DNA of 64,000 bases from a virus. Lineage: Duplodnaviria > Caudoviricetes. Location: IMG/VR virus record IMGVR_UViG_3300034062_006701. The stretch is one strand, 5' to 3'. A program made the translations under genes and the position numbers. This document shows, piece after piece, positions 1-10,328 of this stretch. The notes beneath the pieces are model-generated. The model did not search any database. It was not told where the DNA came from and saw only the letters and a list, made by a program, of their open reading frames with translations. Each line of letters opens with the position of its first letter. Position 1 is the first letter of the stretch.

Positions 1-62
1 TTAATATTATTTTGGTAATCACCCTCCATATAGATATTTAACTGCCTTTCTTGCTTTTGAAA

Positions 63-1358
63 CTATATGCCGAAATTAACTGATGAAGGATGTGTAGCGG
101 CGTAAAATGGACTACCAGCAGCTGCACGTTCAGGGAGGGTCGTAGCGGTTGACGTTGTGGTAGGAACGACTCCCGGTGTAGCTATAGCTGTTTCCACCAC
201 ATTGTGATTACTAATCATATGTTGCATGAAGTTTTTTGTATTTGCTGTCATACTTTTAAGCGATATTCTTACACGGTATGCATCAGGTATAATCGCCTTC
301 ATAGGTGTGGATCCGCTTGTATAGCCTAAAAATTGACCAGCTACATCTCCTAAGAACGATGACGTGCTATTGCTTGTAGGTACATTAATAGTCATTTCAC
401 GTCTTGATCCCATAAAGTCAATAGTTATTGCTGTTATATAACAAAACGGGAAAAACTTTGTACCTGGTATCTCTACTTGATATATTACCGGTTGATCAAC
501 AGTATTTTTGCCTGTCTTACCTGGTCTGTTTTGATACACAAGTAGAAATAAAAATTGCCAATTTTTAATTACGTCATCATATGTAACTTCACCAGTATTG
601 ATTAATGGAAATTCAATATTAATATCTTCACCTTCTGTCGGGTAATTATAAAATTTTGTTTTTTCAATATAAGTGATTTGTGTAGGTGCATTGATTGAAG
701 CAGTGACCTCAGCTGCTTCTGTTACCATTCCAAGAAGAGGAGCTGCTGCATCTCCTAGACCACCTACCTTACCGGATTCAGAAAAGGAATTAGCTTGATT
801 AGCGTAGTTGTTATCAAAATACGGTAGAACATATACCCATCCAGTAGGATCTGTTAGATATAAGTTACGATATGGCTCAAGCCATTTACTCTTATTAACA
901 GTTGGGTTATTATCATCACCAAACTGATCTGTAAACCTACCGATAAAAGTATCAATCTGATCGGGCGCGGCTGCTGCTGCATTTTTTAATTTTCCAATAA
1001 AATCGCTTATGTTAGGTTGATTGTTATTACTTGCAAATTGCTGTATGTTTGCGAGAGTTACTGTTGAATTGTTAAATGTCTCACCGAGGGAGTACTTAAG
1101 CTGACTAACAAGCGCGTTTGTGCGTAATTTTCTTTCAGTCAAGATAACTCTCGGCACTTCCTGTCTAGCTTCACCGAGCTTAGAATATGTCCAGTAAAAG
1201 TCCCTAACAACATTAATCTGTGTAGTTGTTGCACCTACACCTGTATTTGTTGAGTTAGCAACGCTCACAGGCTTAATAGTGGGGAGTGAAAGGGTGGGTT
1301 GACTAACACTACCGAGACCGGTATTATTATTTACAAACCCCCATAAAAAGTTTGGCAT
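63..1358 (-). CDS. Baseplate/tail-tube junction protein, gp48-like (tube fold)
   Basis: Directly downstream of the tape measure gene; 'IEKTKFYNYP...INIEFPLINT...VIYQVEIPG..FPFCYIT.I.IDF.G' resembles tube-fold cap proteins; TAAATA 5 nt upstream of the ATG. Confidence 0.5.
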   Translation of the reverse strand: MPNFLWGFVNNNTGLGSVSQPTLSLPTIKPVSVANSTNTGVGATTTQINVVRDFYWTYSKLGEARQEVPRVILTERKLRTNALVSQLKYSLGETFNNSTVTLANIQQFASNNNQPNISDFIGKLKNAAAAAPDQIDTFIGRFTDQFGDDNNPTVNKSKWLEPYRNLYLTDPTGWVYVLPYFDNNYANQANSFSESGKVGGLGDAAAPLLGMVTEAAEVTASINAPTQITYIEKTKFYNYPTEGEDINIEFPLINTGEVTYDDVIKNWQFLFLLVYQNRPGKTGKNTVDQPVIYQVEIPGTKFFPFCYITAITIDFMGSRREMTINVPTSNSTSSFLGDVAGQFLGYTSGSTPMKAIIPDAYRVRISLKSMTANTKNFMQHMISNHNVVETAIATPGVVPTTTSTATTLPERAAAGSPFYAATHPSSVNFGI

Positions 1359-1376
1359 ATTATTATTTATTCAATG

Positions 1377-3953
1377 CTATCTTGACAACAAAGATTCCCT
1401 AAACATCATACTCGTAACAGGATTTGACATAAATGTCGTCGGGCTGCTAACATTGTTAACAGTTACCGATTTACCTGTGTTTTCTTTAAAGGCTCTAAAC
1501 GCTTCTACTAGCTCCTTAGTATTATCGGATGTCTTTTTTTGTTGTTCGAGTTGACTAATGAAATATTTTGTTTGAGATTGAAATGCTTTAATAAGAGCTT
1601 CTTGATCAAACTTATTTCCCTCCATATATGTCTGAGCTTCAGGTGTTAGCTTCTGCTCTGTCGATGGCTTAATATTGGGTAAGTTTATTATCTTGCCCTG
1701 ATTTTCAACTCCTCTAATAACTGGCACATTATTGGTAGAATCTGCTTCAAGTTTATTATTAGTTGTAAAAGGTGTTGCATCTCTACTTGCGGCCGATGCT
1801 TTTGTTTTAGCTAATACATCAGGTTTTGTCTCTTGCTTTTCTTGTTTACCATCAACAGTTATAGGTGTTGTAGGTGGTAGAGTTGTAGTTGCTGCGGAGG
1901 CAGTTGTCGCGACATTAATACCAAGTACCTCAGCGACTTTTTGTTTTAAACTCCACTTACCCACTTTAATGTCAGGAATCATATCTAAGACAGCTCTAAG
2001 TAAACTGTCCTTTATAGTTGACCAAAAATCCGCAATATTATTAGTAGCAGTTACAGAGACAGCTTTTGCCCCACCAATAAGTAGATCACCTATGACGCGT
2101 AGTGGCTCTAACGCTTCACCTAAATACCCAAACGCATCGAGCCATCTACCATCACCGATGGATTCGCCTGCTTGTATGAGAGGACCTATAATAGGTATGC
2201 TTTTAGCTTTATCATAGAGCCATTTTCCTGCTGTCACTAACCAGTCACCTGCTACAGGTGCATATTCTTGTGCTTTTTCAAGTAACATTCCCCCGATATA
2301 TTGAAGAGGTTCTATAGCGCTTCCAAGGTAATTAAACCCTGCTTCCCAATCACCATTAAAAATTGATTCACCTGCTTTTATGAGTGGTCCTATAACAGGT
2401 ATTTCTTTAGCTTTATCATAAAGCCATTTTCCAGCTGTTGCGGTCCAATTACCTACAGCTTTTAAAACAGGTGGAGCATATGTCTTTACCCCTTGTAGTA
2501 TTACACTACCTATTTGCTGTAAAGGTGCTATAGCTTCACTGAGATATTTAAACCCTGTGTCCCAATCACCATCAAAAATAGACTTACCAGCTTTCATGAG
2601 TGGTCCGATTACCGGTACAGATTTTAATTTATCGTAAATCCATCCGCCCATATCTTTAAGTATGTCTAGCTTTTTAGTTGTTCTTTCTTTTCCTTTTGTC
2701 TCCCCTGCTTTAAAATCCAAGAATGCGTTAAGTGCGTCAAGACCTAGTGATATAGGTATCGCTAGAGGCGCTGCAGGTGTTAAAAAGAAGAGACCTGTTA
2801 GAGCGTTCAATACATCAACGACTCCACCGACAGTATCACCATTTTGAAACCGCGAATATGCAAATCCTAAACTTATTAAACTACCAATAAGAGGTATCTT
2901 CTTTAAAAAAGAACTAGTAATACCTTTTAATAATCCTTTACCACTTACTTTTGTTAGTGCTTTAAAACCTACAGCGAGAGCGCTATCACCCAACAGCTTT
3001 TTAAGTCCCTTAAATGGACCATCGTCCATCAGTCCGCTAAATAATCCCATTATTCCTCCAATAGTTGCACCAACACCGGCAATTACTGGAAGCAAATATT
3101 TAAAAAATTCACCAATTGTCTCTAAGAAGCCTTTTGGTTTTTCTTTTTCTTTCGGGCGATTACCCTTTGCAACACCGTCAATCAAATCATTATTATCTTC
3201 ATGCTGTCGATCAAAGAACGGCTTAAGAGTGTCACCGATTATATTTTGTAACTTAACTTCTGTTTCCGGTGGTATAACGATTTCGAGACTTTCTTTGTGA
3301 TATGGGGATATAGGTTCAGAGGAAGGGTCTTTTTCCTCTTTATTTTTTTTAAAAACACTAAAGAGCGATGAAAAAAGGTTGGTTGGTTCTTTGGTTGTCT
3401 CTTTTTGTTTTTCTTTTTTTGATTCAACAGGCATAACACCGTCTTTTTGTTTTTCAGCTTGTTGTAATTTATCTTCCTTGGGTTGAGTGAGAGACTTTGC
3501 AATAGTTGTTAATAGACTTGCAGCGACGGAATCATGCACTATTTGAGCTTTTTGCTCTGTTGGATTAATTAAGCGTACAGGTAATACCTTTAAACCGGTG
3601 GGTACGTCTTTTGACGAAGAAGAGACTAGTGTAATGTCGTCAAGCTTACTATTCTCTTTAGTTTTTTTAGTCTCCTTTTTTACTTCTGTTTTCTCCGTCT
3701 TTTCTTTTTCTGATGTTTTTACTTTATCAGGTGTTGATTTGTTTAGAAATTTGACCATTTCGTTCAGCTTACTGGTCGTGGCACGCTGATATTCAACGAT
3801 TGATTCTACCTTCTGACCGATTAGTTGCTGTACATTTTTTAGAGTATCAGTCTGCAGGGACTGTAAATTAATAATCCGCTCAAACGAGCTATTTAGATCG
3901 GGTACGCTCCCGTTAAGAGCTTCTTGAAGCTGGTCAAATGTAATGCCGTCCAT
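1377..3953 (-). CDS. Tape measure / baseplate hub protein (gp29-like)
   Basis: 858 aa, helical and amphipathic, with Trp-periodic internal repeats; lies between hub genes and the gp48-like gene; TATAAATA 7 nt upstream. Confidence 0.7.
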   Translation of the reverse strand: MDGITFDQLQEALNGSVPDLNSSFERIINLQSLQTDTLKNVQQLIGQKVESIVEYQRATTSKLNEMVKFLNKSTPDKVKTSEKEKTEKTEVKKETKKTKENSKLDDITLVSSSSKDVPTGLKVLPVRLINPTEQKAQIVHDSVAASLLTTIAKSLTQPKEDKLQQAEKQKDGVMPVESKKEKQKETTKEPTNLFSSLFSVFKKNKEEKDPSSEPISPYHKESLEIVIPPETEVKLQNIIGDTLKPFFDRQHEDNNDLIDGVAKGNRPKEKEKPKGFLETIGEFFKYLLPVIAGVGATIGGIMGLFSGLMDDGPFKGLKKLLGDSALAVGFKALTKVSGKGLLKGITSSFLKKIPLIGSLISLGFAYSRFQNGDTVGGVVDVLNALTGLFFLTPAAPLAIPISLGLDALNAFLDFKAGETKGKERTTKKLDILKDMGGWIYDKLKSVPVIGPLMKAGKSIFDGDWDTGFKYLSEAIAPLQQIGSVILQGVKTYAPPVLKAVGNWTATAGKWLYDKAKEIPVIGPLIKAGESIFNGDWEAGFNYLGSAIEPLQYIGGMLLEKAQEYAPVAGDWLVTAGKWLYDKAKSIPIIGPLIQAGESIGDGRWLDAFGYLGEALEPLRVIGDLLIGGAKAVSVTATNNIADFWSTIKDSLLRAVLDMIPDIKVGKWSLKQKVAEVLGINVATTASAATTTLPPTTPITVDGKQEKQETKPDVLAKTKASAASRDATPFTTNNKLEADSTNNVPVIRGVENQGKIINLPNIKPSTEQKLTPEAQTYMEGNKFDQEALIKAFQSQTKYFISQLEQQKKTSDNTKELVEAFRAFKENTGKSVTVNNVSSPTTFMSNPVTSMMFRESLLSR
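2080..2642 (-). repeat. Three degenerate 68-72 aa repeats in the tape measure protein
   Basis: W(I/L)YDK.K.(V/I)P(V/I)IGPL..AG.SI..G.W units; Trp codons at 2640-2642, 2424-2426 and 2220-2222 (216 and 204 nt apart); left boundary approximate. Confidence 0.9.
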
Positions 3954-3960
3954 CTGTTAT

Positions 3961-3968
3961 TATTTATA
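3961..3968 (-). promoter_or_regulatory. T4-type late promoter TATAAATA (tape measure)
   Basis: Exact T4 gp55 consensus 7 nt upstream of the ATG. Confidence 0.8.
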
Positions 3969-3995
3969 ATAACAGATAAGGACTTAATGTAAGTA

Positions 3996-4754
3996 TTATA
4001 TACTGAAGAAGCTGCCGTCGATTTCTATCGAGATGTCTCCGTATGTAGTAAACTTACTTTCAAGATCTCTATAGTTTTTAATGAACTGTAAGATTTTATT
4101 GGTAAGAGTGGACGGTATTTTCTCTATAATAGATATTTTTTCATCTATTTTAAGTGTATTGAATGGTACAGCTTGATTAACAGCAGGCAACTTAAACGTT
4201 ACCGTTTTTATATATTTTATAATTTCATATACAAAAAGCTCACCTACGAGTGATTTAATATCTCTATCCTGTATCGTTTTAAGTTTATTAATCGTTAGGT
4301 TGCTAATATCTCTGTCATATCCTAGACGTGGTACTTCGAGATCAATACTAATATCGCTTGCCTCTATGCTAGAGGTAAAAACGTCTGTTACAGGAATTGC
4401 TGCTATGTCTTTAATGATATCATGTAAATTAATTGTTGTGTCTCCGCTCACATACTCGCTATTCAAACCGTTAGCGCGCAACGCGATTGCAATTGCTGAG
4501 CGGTCAAACGCATAAAGAGTATTTACATCTATCTTGTCAATTACATTGTCATGAATAATGTTAAAAAAATTAACAATAAAGGATAGTTTAGTTAGTGTTT
4601 CGTCAACAGATGATTTGAGAAGATCCTTCTGTTGCTTGAGATTGAGATTCTTGAACTTAATTGTTTTCTTGAGAGAGGGAACATACACATCAATACCTGT
4701 CGATTCATTTAATGAATCAAGTTGTTTAAGAATGTCATTAATGTTGGTACTCAT
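3996..4754 (-). CDS. Baseplate hub assembly protein (gp26/gp51-like)
   Basis: 'YVPSLKKTIKFKNLNLKQQKDLL...D..AIAIALRA...DLEVPRL' pattern; paralogous to the adjacent upstream gene. Confidence 0.55.
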   Translation of the reverse strand: MSTNINDILKQLDSLNESTGIDVYVPSLKKTIKFKNLNLKQQKDLLKSSVDETLTKLSFIVNFFNIIHDNVIDKIDVNTLYAFDRSAIAIALRANGLNSEYVSGDTTINLHDIIKDIAAIPVTDVFTSSIEASDISIDLEVPRLGYDRDISNLTINKLKTIQDRDIKSLVGELFVYEIIKYIKTVTFKLPAVNQAVPFNTLKIDEKISIIEKIPSTLTNKILQFIKNYRDLESKFTTYGDISIEIDGSFFSI

Positions 4755-4766
4755 AATAATATATAA

Positions 4767-5648
4767 TTACGGTGCATGGAGATTCAACCCTTTATTAGCT
4801 TTGTTACGAGATTCTTCATCTCGTTTTTCGTCTTTAAACAGATTAATGTAGATATTGAGTTCTGCTAATGTTGAATTTTTGATTAAATCAAAATCTATGT
4901 GTAATTTGCTTATAAGGAAATATTCTAATTCGTATAGAGAAATAAGTCCTCGTTTAAAACACATCTTTAAAAAATCTAAAATAGAGTTTGCAAATAGATT
5001 AAGTGGAACCTGAATATTATTGTTTTCGTTAGTATACGGTGATAATATATCTAATAGTTTTATATCACGTATAGTATTACTGAGGTATAAGACGTAGTCA
5101 CTTATATCCTTAAGCACTGACATTGGTAGATGCTCAATAAGTGTGTGTTTATCTACTGTAACATCATTACCATTAATTGTAAGTTTCTTTATAACAGCGC
5201 TGATAAGGTTAAAATCTTCTTGATCTAGGGTTATTTTACCAGGCATTCCTAATTCTATAATTAATTTATTGTCGTTATATGTTTTTTTAGTAGAGTATAT
5301 ATCAGAAGAAAGATTAAGTGTAGATAAATTATTAATTATATCAAATATTTGAATGTTTGTATTAAACGTTTTGTCTGTAGCAGGGCATGTTACTGTCAAT
5401 TCTAGATCGGGTGATATACAGACAGCACGGATAGTGAGTAAAACTATAATCTTATCTATAAAAGTAAAGAGAGAAGTGTCACCTTCACAGGAATTTTTTA
5501 TTAAATCTTCAAAGAAATCAATAGTAACATGATTGTTATCATTAGTTAATGTCTTTACTAACTGCTTGTAATCAAAATACAAGAGCTCTTTGATATTAAT
5601 TACCTTATTACAGGAAGGAAGCTTAGCTGTATAAGTAAATCGTCTCAC
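4767..5648 (-). CDS. Baseplate hub subunit gp26-like
   Basis: 'LPSCNKVINIKEL...DKIIVLLTIRAVCISPDLELTVTCP' matches the gp26 layout; GTG start. Confidence 0.6.
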   Translation of the reverse strand: MRRFTYTAKLPSCNKVINIKELLYFDYKQLVKTLTNDNNHVTIDFFEDLIKNSCEGDTSLFTFIDKIIVLLTIRAVCISPDLELTVTCPATDKTFNTNIQIFDIINNLSTLNLSSDIYSTKKTYNDNKLIIELGMPGKITLDQEDFNLISAVIKKLTINGNDVTVDKHTLIEHLPMSVLKDISDYVLYLSNTIRDIKLLDILSPYTNENNNIQVPLNLFANSILDFLKMCFKRGLISLYELEYFLISKLHIDFDLIKNSTLAELNIYINLFKDEKRDEESRNKANKGLNLHAP

Positions 5649-5683
5649 ATGAGATACTTAAACATGTGACGGAGAAACGCCAA

Positions 5684-6580
5684 TTAAACCGGTGAGTTGA
5701 AGCCTTTAAATAGACTTGGATTACCTATTGAAGGTGCACCATTTTGAGCAAAATTATTAATAATATCAATAATTGGTAGGTATAGATTGTTTGATACAGT
5801 GTAATTTGAGTACGTCCACCGTGTATTAAAGTTCATTAGCTTTTCTTCCGTATATTCTAGCGTTTCCTCGTTAACCGTAAACGGTACACAGTTATAAAAA
5901 TTCCAAATTTTTCTAGGTACCTGTGAGACACCAGCTCGTGTGCGTGTATATTGCATGATATGCACGTTAACTTTCATGTTTTTAAGCGCTTCGTTAGCGT
6001 CATTGGGATTTCTAGCAACAAAACCGTAATGTGATGCAAGTATTACCCAAGGTCTGATTACGAAATCTATAAATGATGTGTTTGTTTCACGGAATTGAAG
6101 ATCAAGTACGGGAGCTTCAAGATTTCTACCACCTGCAATGACGCCTGGTAAAAATCCTCTGTTGTTATCTACAGAGGCACTTTCTACAGCGTATCCTTCA
6201 TTGGGTATAGTAACAGAACTTGCAAATAAACAACCAATAACTTTTTGTAAAGGAAATGATGTCAGTATATTCTTCGCACCGTCTATATCGAAGCCGGTCT
6301 TCGATCCATCTATACGTTCAAGACCCTGTATTAAAGATGACTTAAGACCTGATGGGTACCTGTCAATTAACACTATCCATTGTGTCGACATTGGAATCGA
6401 GGTAAACCATGATTCCATTTGCGTGAGAAAGTAATCACGTGTACTAATAATTGGTACACCGGGTAGATTTAACCCAAGTAATTGTGTTATTTGTGGCGCA
6501 AATAGCGGATTAGATCCAGAGCCGATACCGGCAATATTCTGTCCTAGACTATTAAGTGCACTACTAAAGGGGTCGTTCAC
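5684..6580 (-). CDS. Tail tube initiator, gp54-like
   Basis: Tube fold ('LDLQFRET...W...VHIMQY...WNFYNCVPFTV...L.Y...FNTRWTY'); immediately downstream of the tube gene. Confidence 0.6.
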   Translation of the reverse strand: MNDPFSSALNSLGQNIAGIGSGSNPLFAPQITQLLGLNLPGVPIISTRDYFLTQMESWFTSIPMSTQWIVLIDRYPSGLKSSLIQGLERIDGSKTGFDIDGAKNILTSFPLQKVIGCLFASSVTIPNEGYAVESASVDNNRGFLPGVIAGGRNLEAPVLDLQFRETNTSFIDFVIRPWVILASHYGFVARNPNDANEALKNMKVNVHIMQYTRTRAGVSQVPRKIWNFYNCVPFTVNEETLEYTEEKLMNFNTRWTYSNYTVSNNLYLPIIDIINNFAQNGAPSIGNPSLFKGFNSPV

Positions 6581-6608
6581 TTAATTATTTAGCTTATAAG
6601 CTAATCTT

Positions 6609-7175
6609 TTAGGGTGATGTTCTTGTAAAGTAATGATATGCCATTGTAGCAGTAAACTCAATTGTTTGACCTGTACCAGCAGCCATTGAATATGTAAGAG
6701 CACCGACACTACGTGGTGAAACACCGATGAGTGAATACTCTGCAACTCTTTCCATCTTATTATTAAGCTGGAGTAAGTTGATAACGGATGTCTGCTTAGG
6801 CGTGAGGTAATCACCTGTACTGTTTGCATCATCAAACGTGTAGCGTGACCAATCCTCGAATTTCTGTCTGAGCTGTGAATTTGCGTCAGCATAGAACGTT
6901 AAGCCATATCCTTCAGATCCTGGATACACTGCGTTACCAGGTAGATTGAAGTTAAGACCCATGTAAGGTACTGCAACGTTGGTAATAGCTCTCTCAGGTA
7001 GTGTTGCTGTCTTTGCATACACAAGATCGTCATCACCGAATGTTATAACGTTCCCTGCAGCGTCTGTTGCACCACCTGTACTGATTGAAAGTACACGAAA
7101 GTTAAAATCACGAGCAAATTCACGGTTTGCTGCTACTCTATAAAAATCTTGAATTAATTGATTAGTATCGGCCAT
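6609..7175 (-). CDS. gp19: Tail tube protein
   Basis: 'YAKTATLPERAITNVAVPYMG..FNLPG...LTFYAD..LRQKFEDW...F..T.AY' gp19 pattern; follows the sheath gene. Confidence 0.85.
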   Translation of the reverse strand: MADTNQLIQDFYRVAANREFARDFNFRVLSISTGGATDAAGNVITFGDDDLVYAKTATLPERAITNVAVPYMGLNFNLPGNAVYPGSEGYGLTFYADANSQLRQKFEDWSRYTFDDANSTGDYLTPKQTSVINLLQLNNKMERVAEYSLIGVSPRSVGALTYSMAAGTGQTIEFTATMAYHYFTRTSP

Positions 7176-7207
7176 ATTATGTAATTATTTAGGGTTTCTT
7201 GGTTACT

Positions 7208-9658
7208 TTATGCTACGATTTCAGAGAAGTTTTGGCTTGTTCTTGTTGCGTAGAAGTTAACTAGTATGAACTCAGCTGTTCTAACCGGTTTGATATAAAC
7301 ATCAATTACGAGTGTATTATCATCAATCACAGAAGATGTATTGTTTCTTTCGTCACAGATTAGCAAGTAATCATATAAACCAGCTGTATTCTTTGCATTA
7401 TCAAAGATTGGTGTGAGTAGGTTTTTAATCTGTGTTCTCGTAAAGAGCGTATTAGGCTCAAATACGAATGCTCTTGCAACAGTGTTAGTCTGATTTTCGA
7501 GAGTTAAGAACAGTCTACGAACATTAATGCGATCAAAGGCACTTGGCTGCTTCTGTGCTGTCTTTTGTCCGTAGATTACAAATCCTTCATTCGGGAAGAA
7601 TACTACAGGGTTAAGTGCAATCTTGTAGAGCTGGTCGCGTTGCTTTTGCTTTGGATAAAACGCGAGATCTGTTATACCTGTTACTACACCGCGTGTAAAC
7701 CCAGCAGGTGCAGACCAAGGCCGGTAATTCGCATCTGTACCAGCTATCGCAGCTGCAGCAAAGCCGGAGAACGGTACCCATACCTGTCTATTCGAGGCTT
7801 GATCCGCTACCTTGACTGCGTTAGCGTAGATGGCTGTGTAGCTATTGTTTATGAATGAGAATTGGTTGCGGAGCGGCCAGTAGATGTTGTCCGAGAAATT
7901 ATTCGTCGGGTCATCTAAAGTCTTAACACCGTTCTCAACAAGTATATTCGTTAATGGGTCAGCAATAAAGAGGTGATCCTTACGACGGCTTGCAGCAAAG
8001 CTTACAAACTGACTTGCTACAGCTGCGTAATTTTGAGCGATAGCTGTATTTACACCAGATCCATCCTGAGCTGTAAGTCCGTTGACATCGGTACCGACAT
8101 ATGGTACACTATCATCGAAGTAGCCAGACGTAGCAGGGTTAAATGAATTTGCGTAGACTGTACCAAGACCTCCTTCGAGTGTTAGTGAGAGAGGATATAT
8201 CTCGCTATTCTCGATAGTATTAAACATGTTAGTTAGCTTCTGTGGTACATTACCTATCTTTTGTGTTGAAAGATCAATGGTACTGTAATCACCGAGAGCT
8301 ATAAGCTTATCGTTTGAACCATATGTATTTACTAGAGCTCCATAAGCACCTGATGTTGCACCCATTCTTGTTGCGTATGTATCAATGAATGGTGGAAGCG
8401 GAATGTTGTTCAGTGCGCTAGCGCTTAATACATCGACAGCTGTTGGTGTAATACGAGGTGCGCTTAGGAAACGAACACGACGTGTCGGTACCCCTTGTGC
8501 GTCTAACCATGTTCCAATGTTCTTACCTGAGATAAATGGGTTAACAATTGTTACGATATTTGAAGACGCATCATCAACATTTTCTACATAATAGCTGATT
8601 GCCGGTCCACCGTTTGTATCATTAATCTGACGATAGTAGTCGAAGGATGCATTATAGCTTTCCTGTAAAATGTAGTCAAGCTGAATTGTATCGGGTGAGA
8701 ATGTTGATTGACGGAGCTTAAATACACCGAGGTTAATAGTGTCGTTATAGTTACTGGATGATGTATCGAATGTCGCGATGTTTTCAACAACTTCAGATAC
8801 ACTATTGCTTATACCTGACGATGTAGCGGAGAGCGCGAAATTTAAGCGCTGACTTGGTACGTTAATGTAATTTGCTGGAGATATAAACGTACTCGTGTTG
8901 TTTACCGAATTTACACCGTTGAAGTTATCAAATGATGTTGAAGGGTTAAGGGCAGAATTATCAATAATTCCGAGATAAGATCCTTCAAAACGTGAGTTGA
9001 TTGATGACTGTGACTTGTTTAATACGACGAGACCGGCATTACCGAGACTTGAAAGTGTATTAAATGATGTTACAGGGCTTGCATCTGGTCCGCTAATTGT
9101 TGCGGATAGACCGGCGGAGGATGACCATGCAAATGCATCTCCGCGAAGAACAGATAGATACTGTTCCTCTGAAAGAGTTACGTGTGTAGGTGCACCGAAA
9201 TTGTATGTAATTCCTGTAGCGGAAGCAGGGTAACTGAGGTTAGTAGATGTAAGTGTTACAAACCCTGTACCGGTAACAGAAGGATAGCCTGTAGCATTAA
9301 GACTGTCAATAAAGCCGGCGGAGAGCTGAGTAACGACAACCGGGTAAACAAGAGCGCTGTACTGGTTTGAATAACCAAGTCCTGCGTTTTCACCGTACGG
9401 TAGACGATATACAGTTACGTTTGATGGTGATTGGAAGACAGCCTTTGTTGTATGATAGAAATATCTTTCAGCTGCATTCGTCGGTGTACCAAAAATCTGT
9501 TCGAATTCTGATAACGTGCTAACTTGTACCGGGTCGGATGATGGGCCTTTTGAGGCGAAGCCAGTTACTAAAACATTTGTTTGTGAGCCTAGATTTGCTC
9601 TGAGTGAAAGATCGACTTCACTGATCTGAACTCCAGGACTTTGAATTGTACGTGCCAT
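7208..9658 (-). CDS. gp18: Tail sheath protein
   Basis: N-terminal 'SPGVQISEVDLS'; C-terminal 'WSAPAGFTRG...LNPVVFFP..G..IYGQKT...AFDRINVRRLFL..E...FEPN'. Confidence 0.97.
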   Translation of the reverse strand: MARTIQSPGVQISEVDLSLRANLGSQTNVLVTGFASKGPSSDPVQVSTLSEFEQIFGTPTNAAERYFYHTTKAVFQSPSNVTVYRLPYGENAGLGYSNQYSALVYPVVVTQLSAGFIDSLNATGYPSVTGTGFVTLTSTNLSYPASATGITYNFGAPTHVTLSEEQYLSVLRGDAFAWSSSAGLSATISGPDASPVTSFNTLSSLGNAGLVVLNKSQSSINSRFEGSYLGIIDNSALNPSTSFDNFNGVNSVNNTSTFISPANYINVPSQRLNFALSATSSGISNSVSEVVENIATFDTSSSNYNDTINLGVFKLRQSTFSPDTIQLDYILQESYNASFDYYRQINDTNGGPAISYYVENVDDASSNIVTIVNPFISGKNIGTWLDAQGVPTRRVRFLSAPRITPTAVDVLSASALNNIPLPPFIDTYATRMGATSGAYGALVNTYGSNDKLIALGDYSTIDLSTQKIGNVPQKLTNMFNTIENSEIYPLSLTLEGGLGTVYANSFNPATSGYFDDSVPYVGTDVNGLTAQDGSGVNTAIAQNYAAVASQFVSFAASRRKDHLFIADPLTNILVENGVKTLDDPTNNFSDNIYWPLRNQFSFINNSYTAIYANAVKVADQASNRQVWVPFSGFAAAAIAGTDANYRPWSAPAGFTRGVVTGITDLAFYPKQKQRDQLYKIALNPVVFFPNEGFVIYGQKTAQKQPSAFDRINVRRLFLTLENQTNTVARAFVFEPNTLFTRTQIKNLLTPIFDNAKNTAGLYDYLLICDERNNTSSVIDDNTLVIDVYIKPVRTAEFILVNFYATRTSQNFSEIVA

Positions 9659-9664
9659 ATAAAG

Positions 9665-9672
9665 TATTTATA
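9665..9672 (-). promoter_or_regulatory. T4-type late promoter TATAAATA (sheath)
   Basis: Exact consensus 6 nt upstream of the ATG. Confidence 0.85.
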
Positions 9673-9701
9673 ATTTACTGAGAAATTTTTTAAACAAATT
9701 A

Positions 9702-10322
9702 TTAATTTTCTGTCTCAGTAAGTGGTTGGATCAATAATTGCGAGTAATTTAGTGTGAAACTCGACTCCACTTCACCAGCGTCTCTATATGAATAATTAAT
9801 ACCACCTATAGCTGATGGAAACGCATCGGTGTACTTGAACTCTATAACACGTTTATCATATTCATCTAATCCAAATATAGAGATTGTTGATTTATATTGA
9901 TAGAAAGATGAATTTACACCGTTATTTACTGTTGATCTGGTAGGTGTTGTGAGTTGCTTGCTATCATATAAGCCATCTGCGCTGTTATTGAGCATGTCGA
10001 GCCAAGTATATATCACCCAGTAATTATTAAACCGATTATCTACAGTGAAATTTACATTAATAGGGGGATAGGGTTCACGTGAATGACTAGTGTGACTTAG
10101 AGTTTGACCACCGTATCTTGTCTGTATCGCGGGTACAGATACATCGGGAATTACTGTACCGTATACTGAAAATTGTAAAGTGTCAGGTAGTATTGTTTCT
10201 GCTGTTCTTTCAAATTTAGTAGCGATCTGTCTCAACGCTAACGGTATATTCATTACCATTAGAAACTTGTCTTTTCTCGTCTTATTGAATGGACTCTGCG
10301 TGTATGTAATGTTGTTTCCCAT
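9702..10322 (-). CDS. Tail completion / sheath stabiliser, gp3-like
   Basis: 'LQFSVYGTVIPDVSV...Y.PINVNFTVD..FNNYW.IY.W...F..AFP..IGGINY' tube-fold gp3 pattern. Confidence 0.65.
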   Translation of the reverse strand: MGNNITYTQSPFNKTRKDKFLMVMNIPLALRQIATKFERTAETILPDTLQFSVYGTVIPDVSVPAIQTRYGGQTLSHTSHSREPYPPINVNFTVDNRFNNYWVIYTWLDMLNNSADGLYDSKQLTTPTRSTVNNGVNSSFYQYKSTISIFGLDEYDKRVIEFKYTDAFPSAIGGINYSYRDAGEVESSFTLNYSQLLIQPLTETEN

Positions 10323-10328
10323 GTATGT

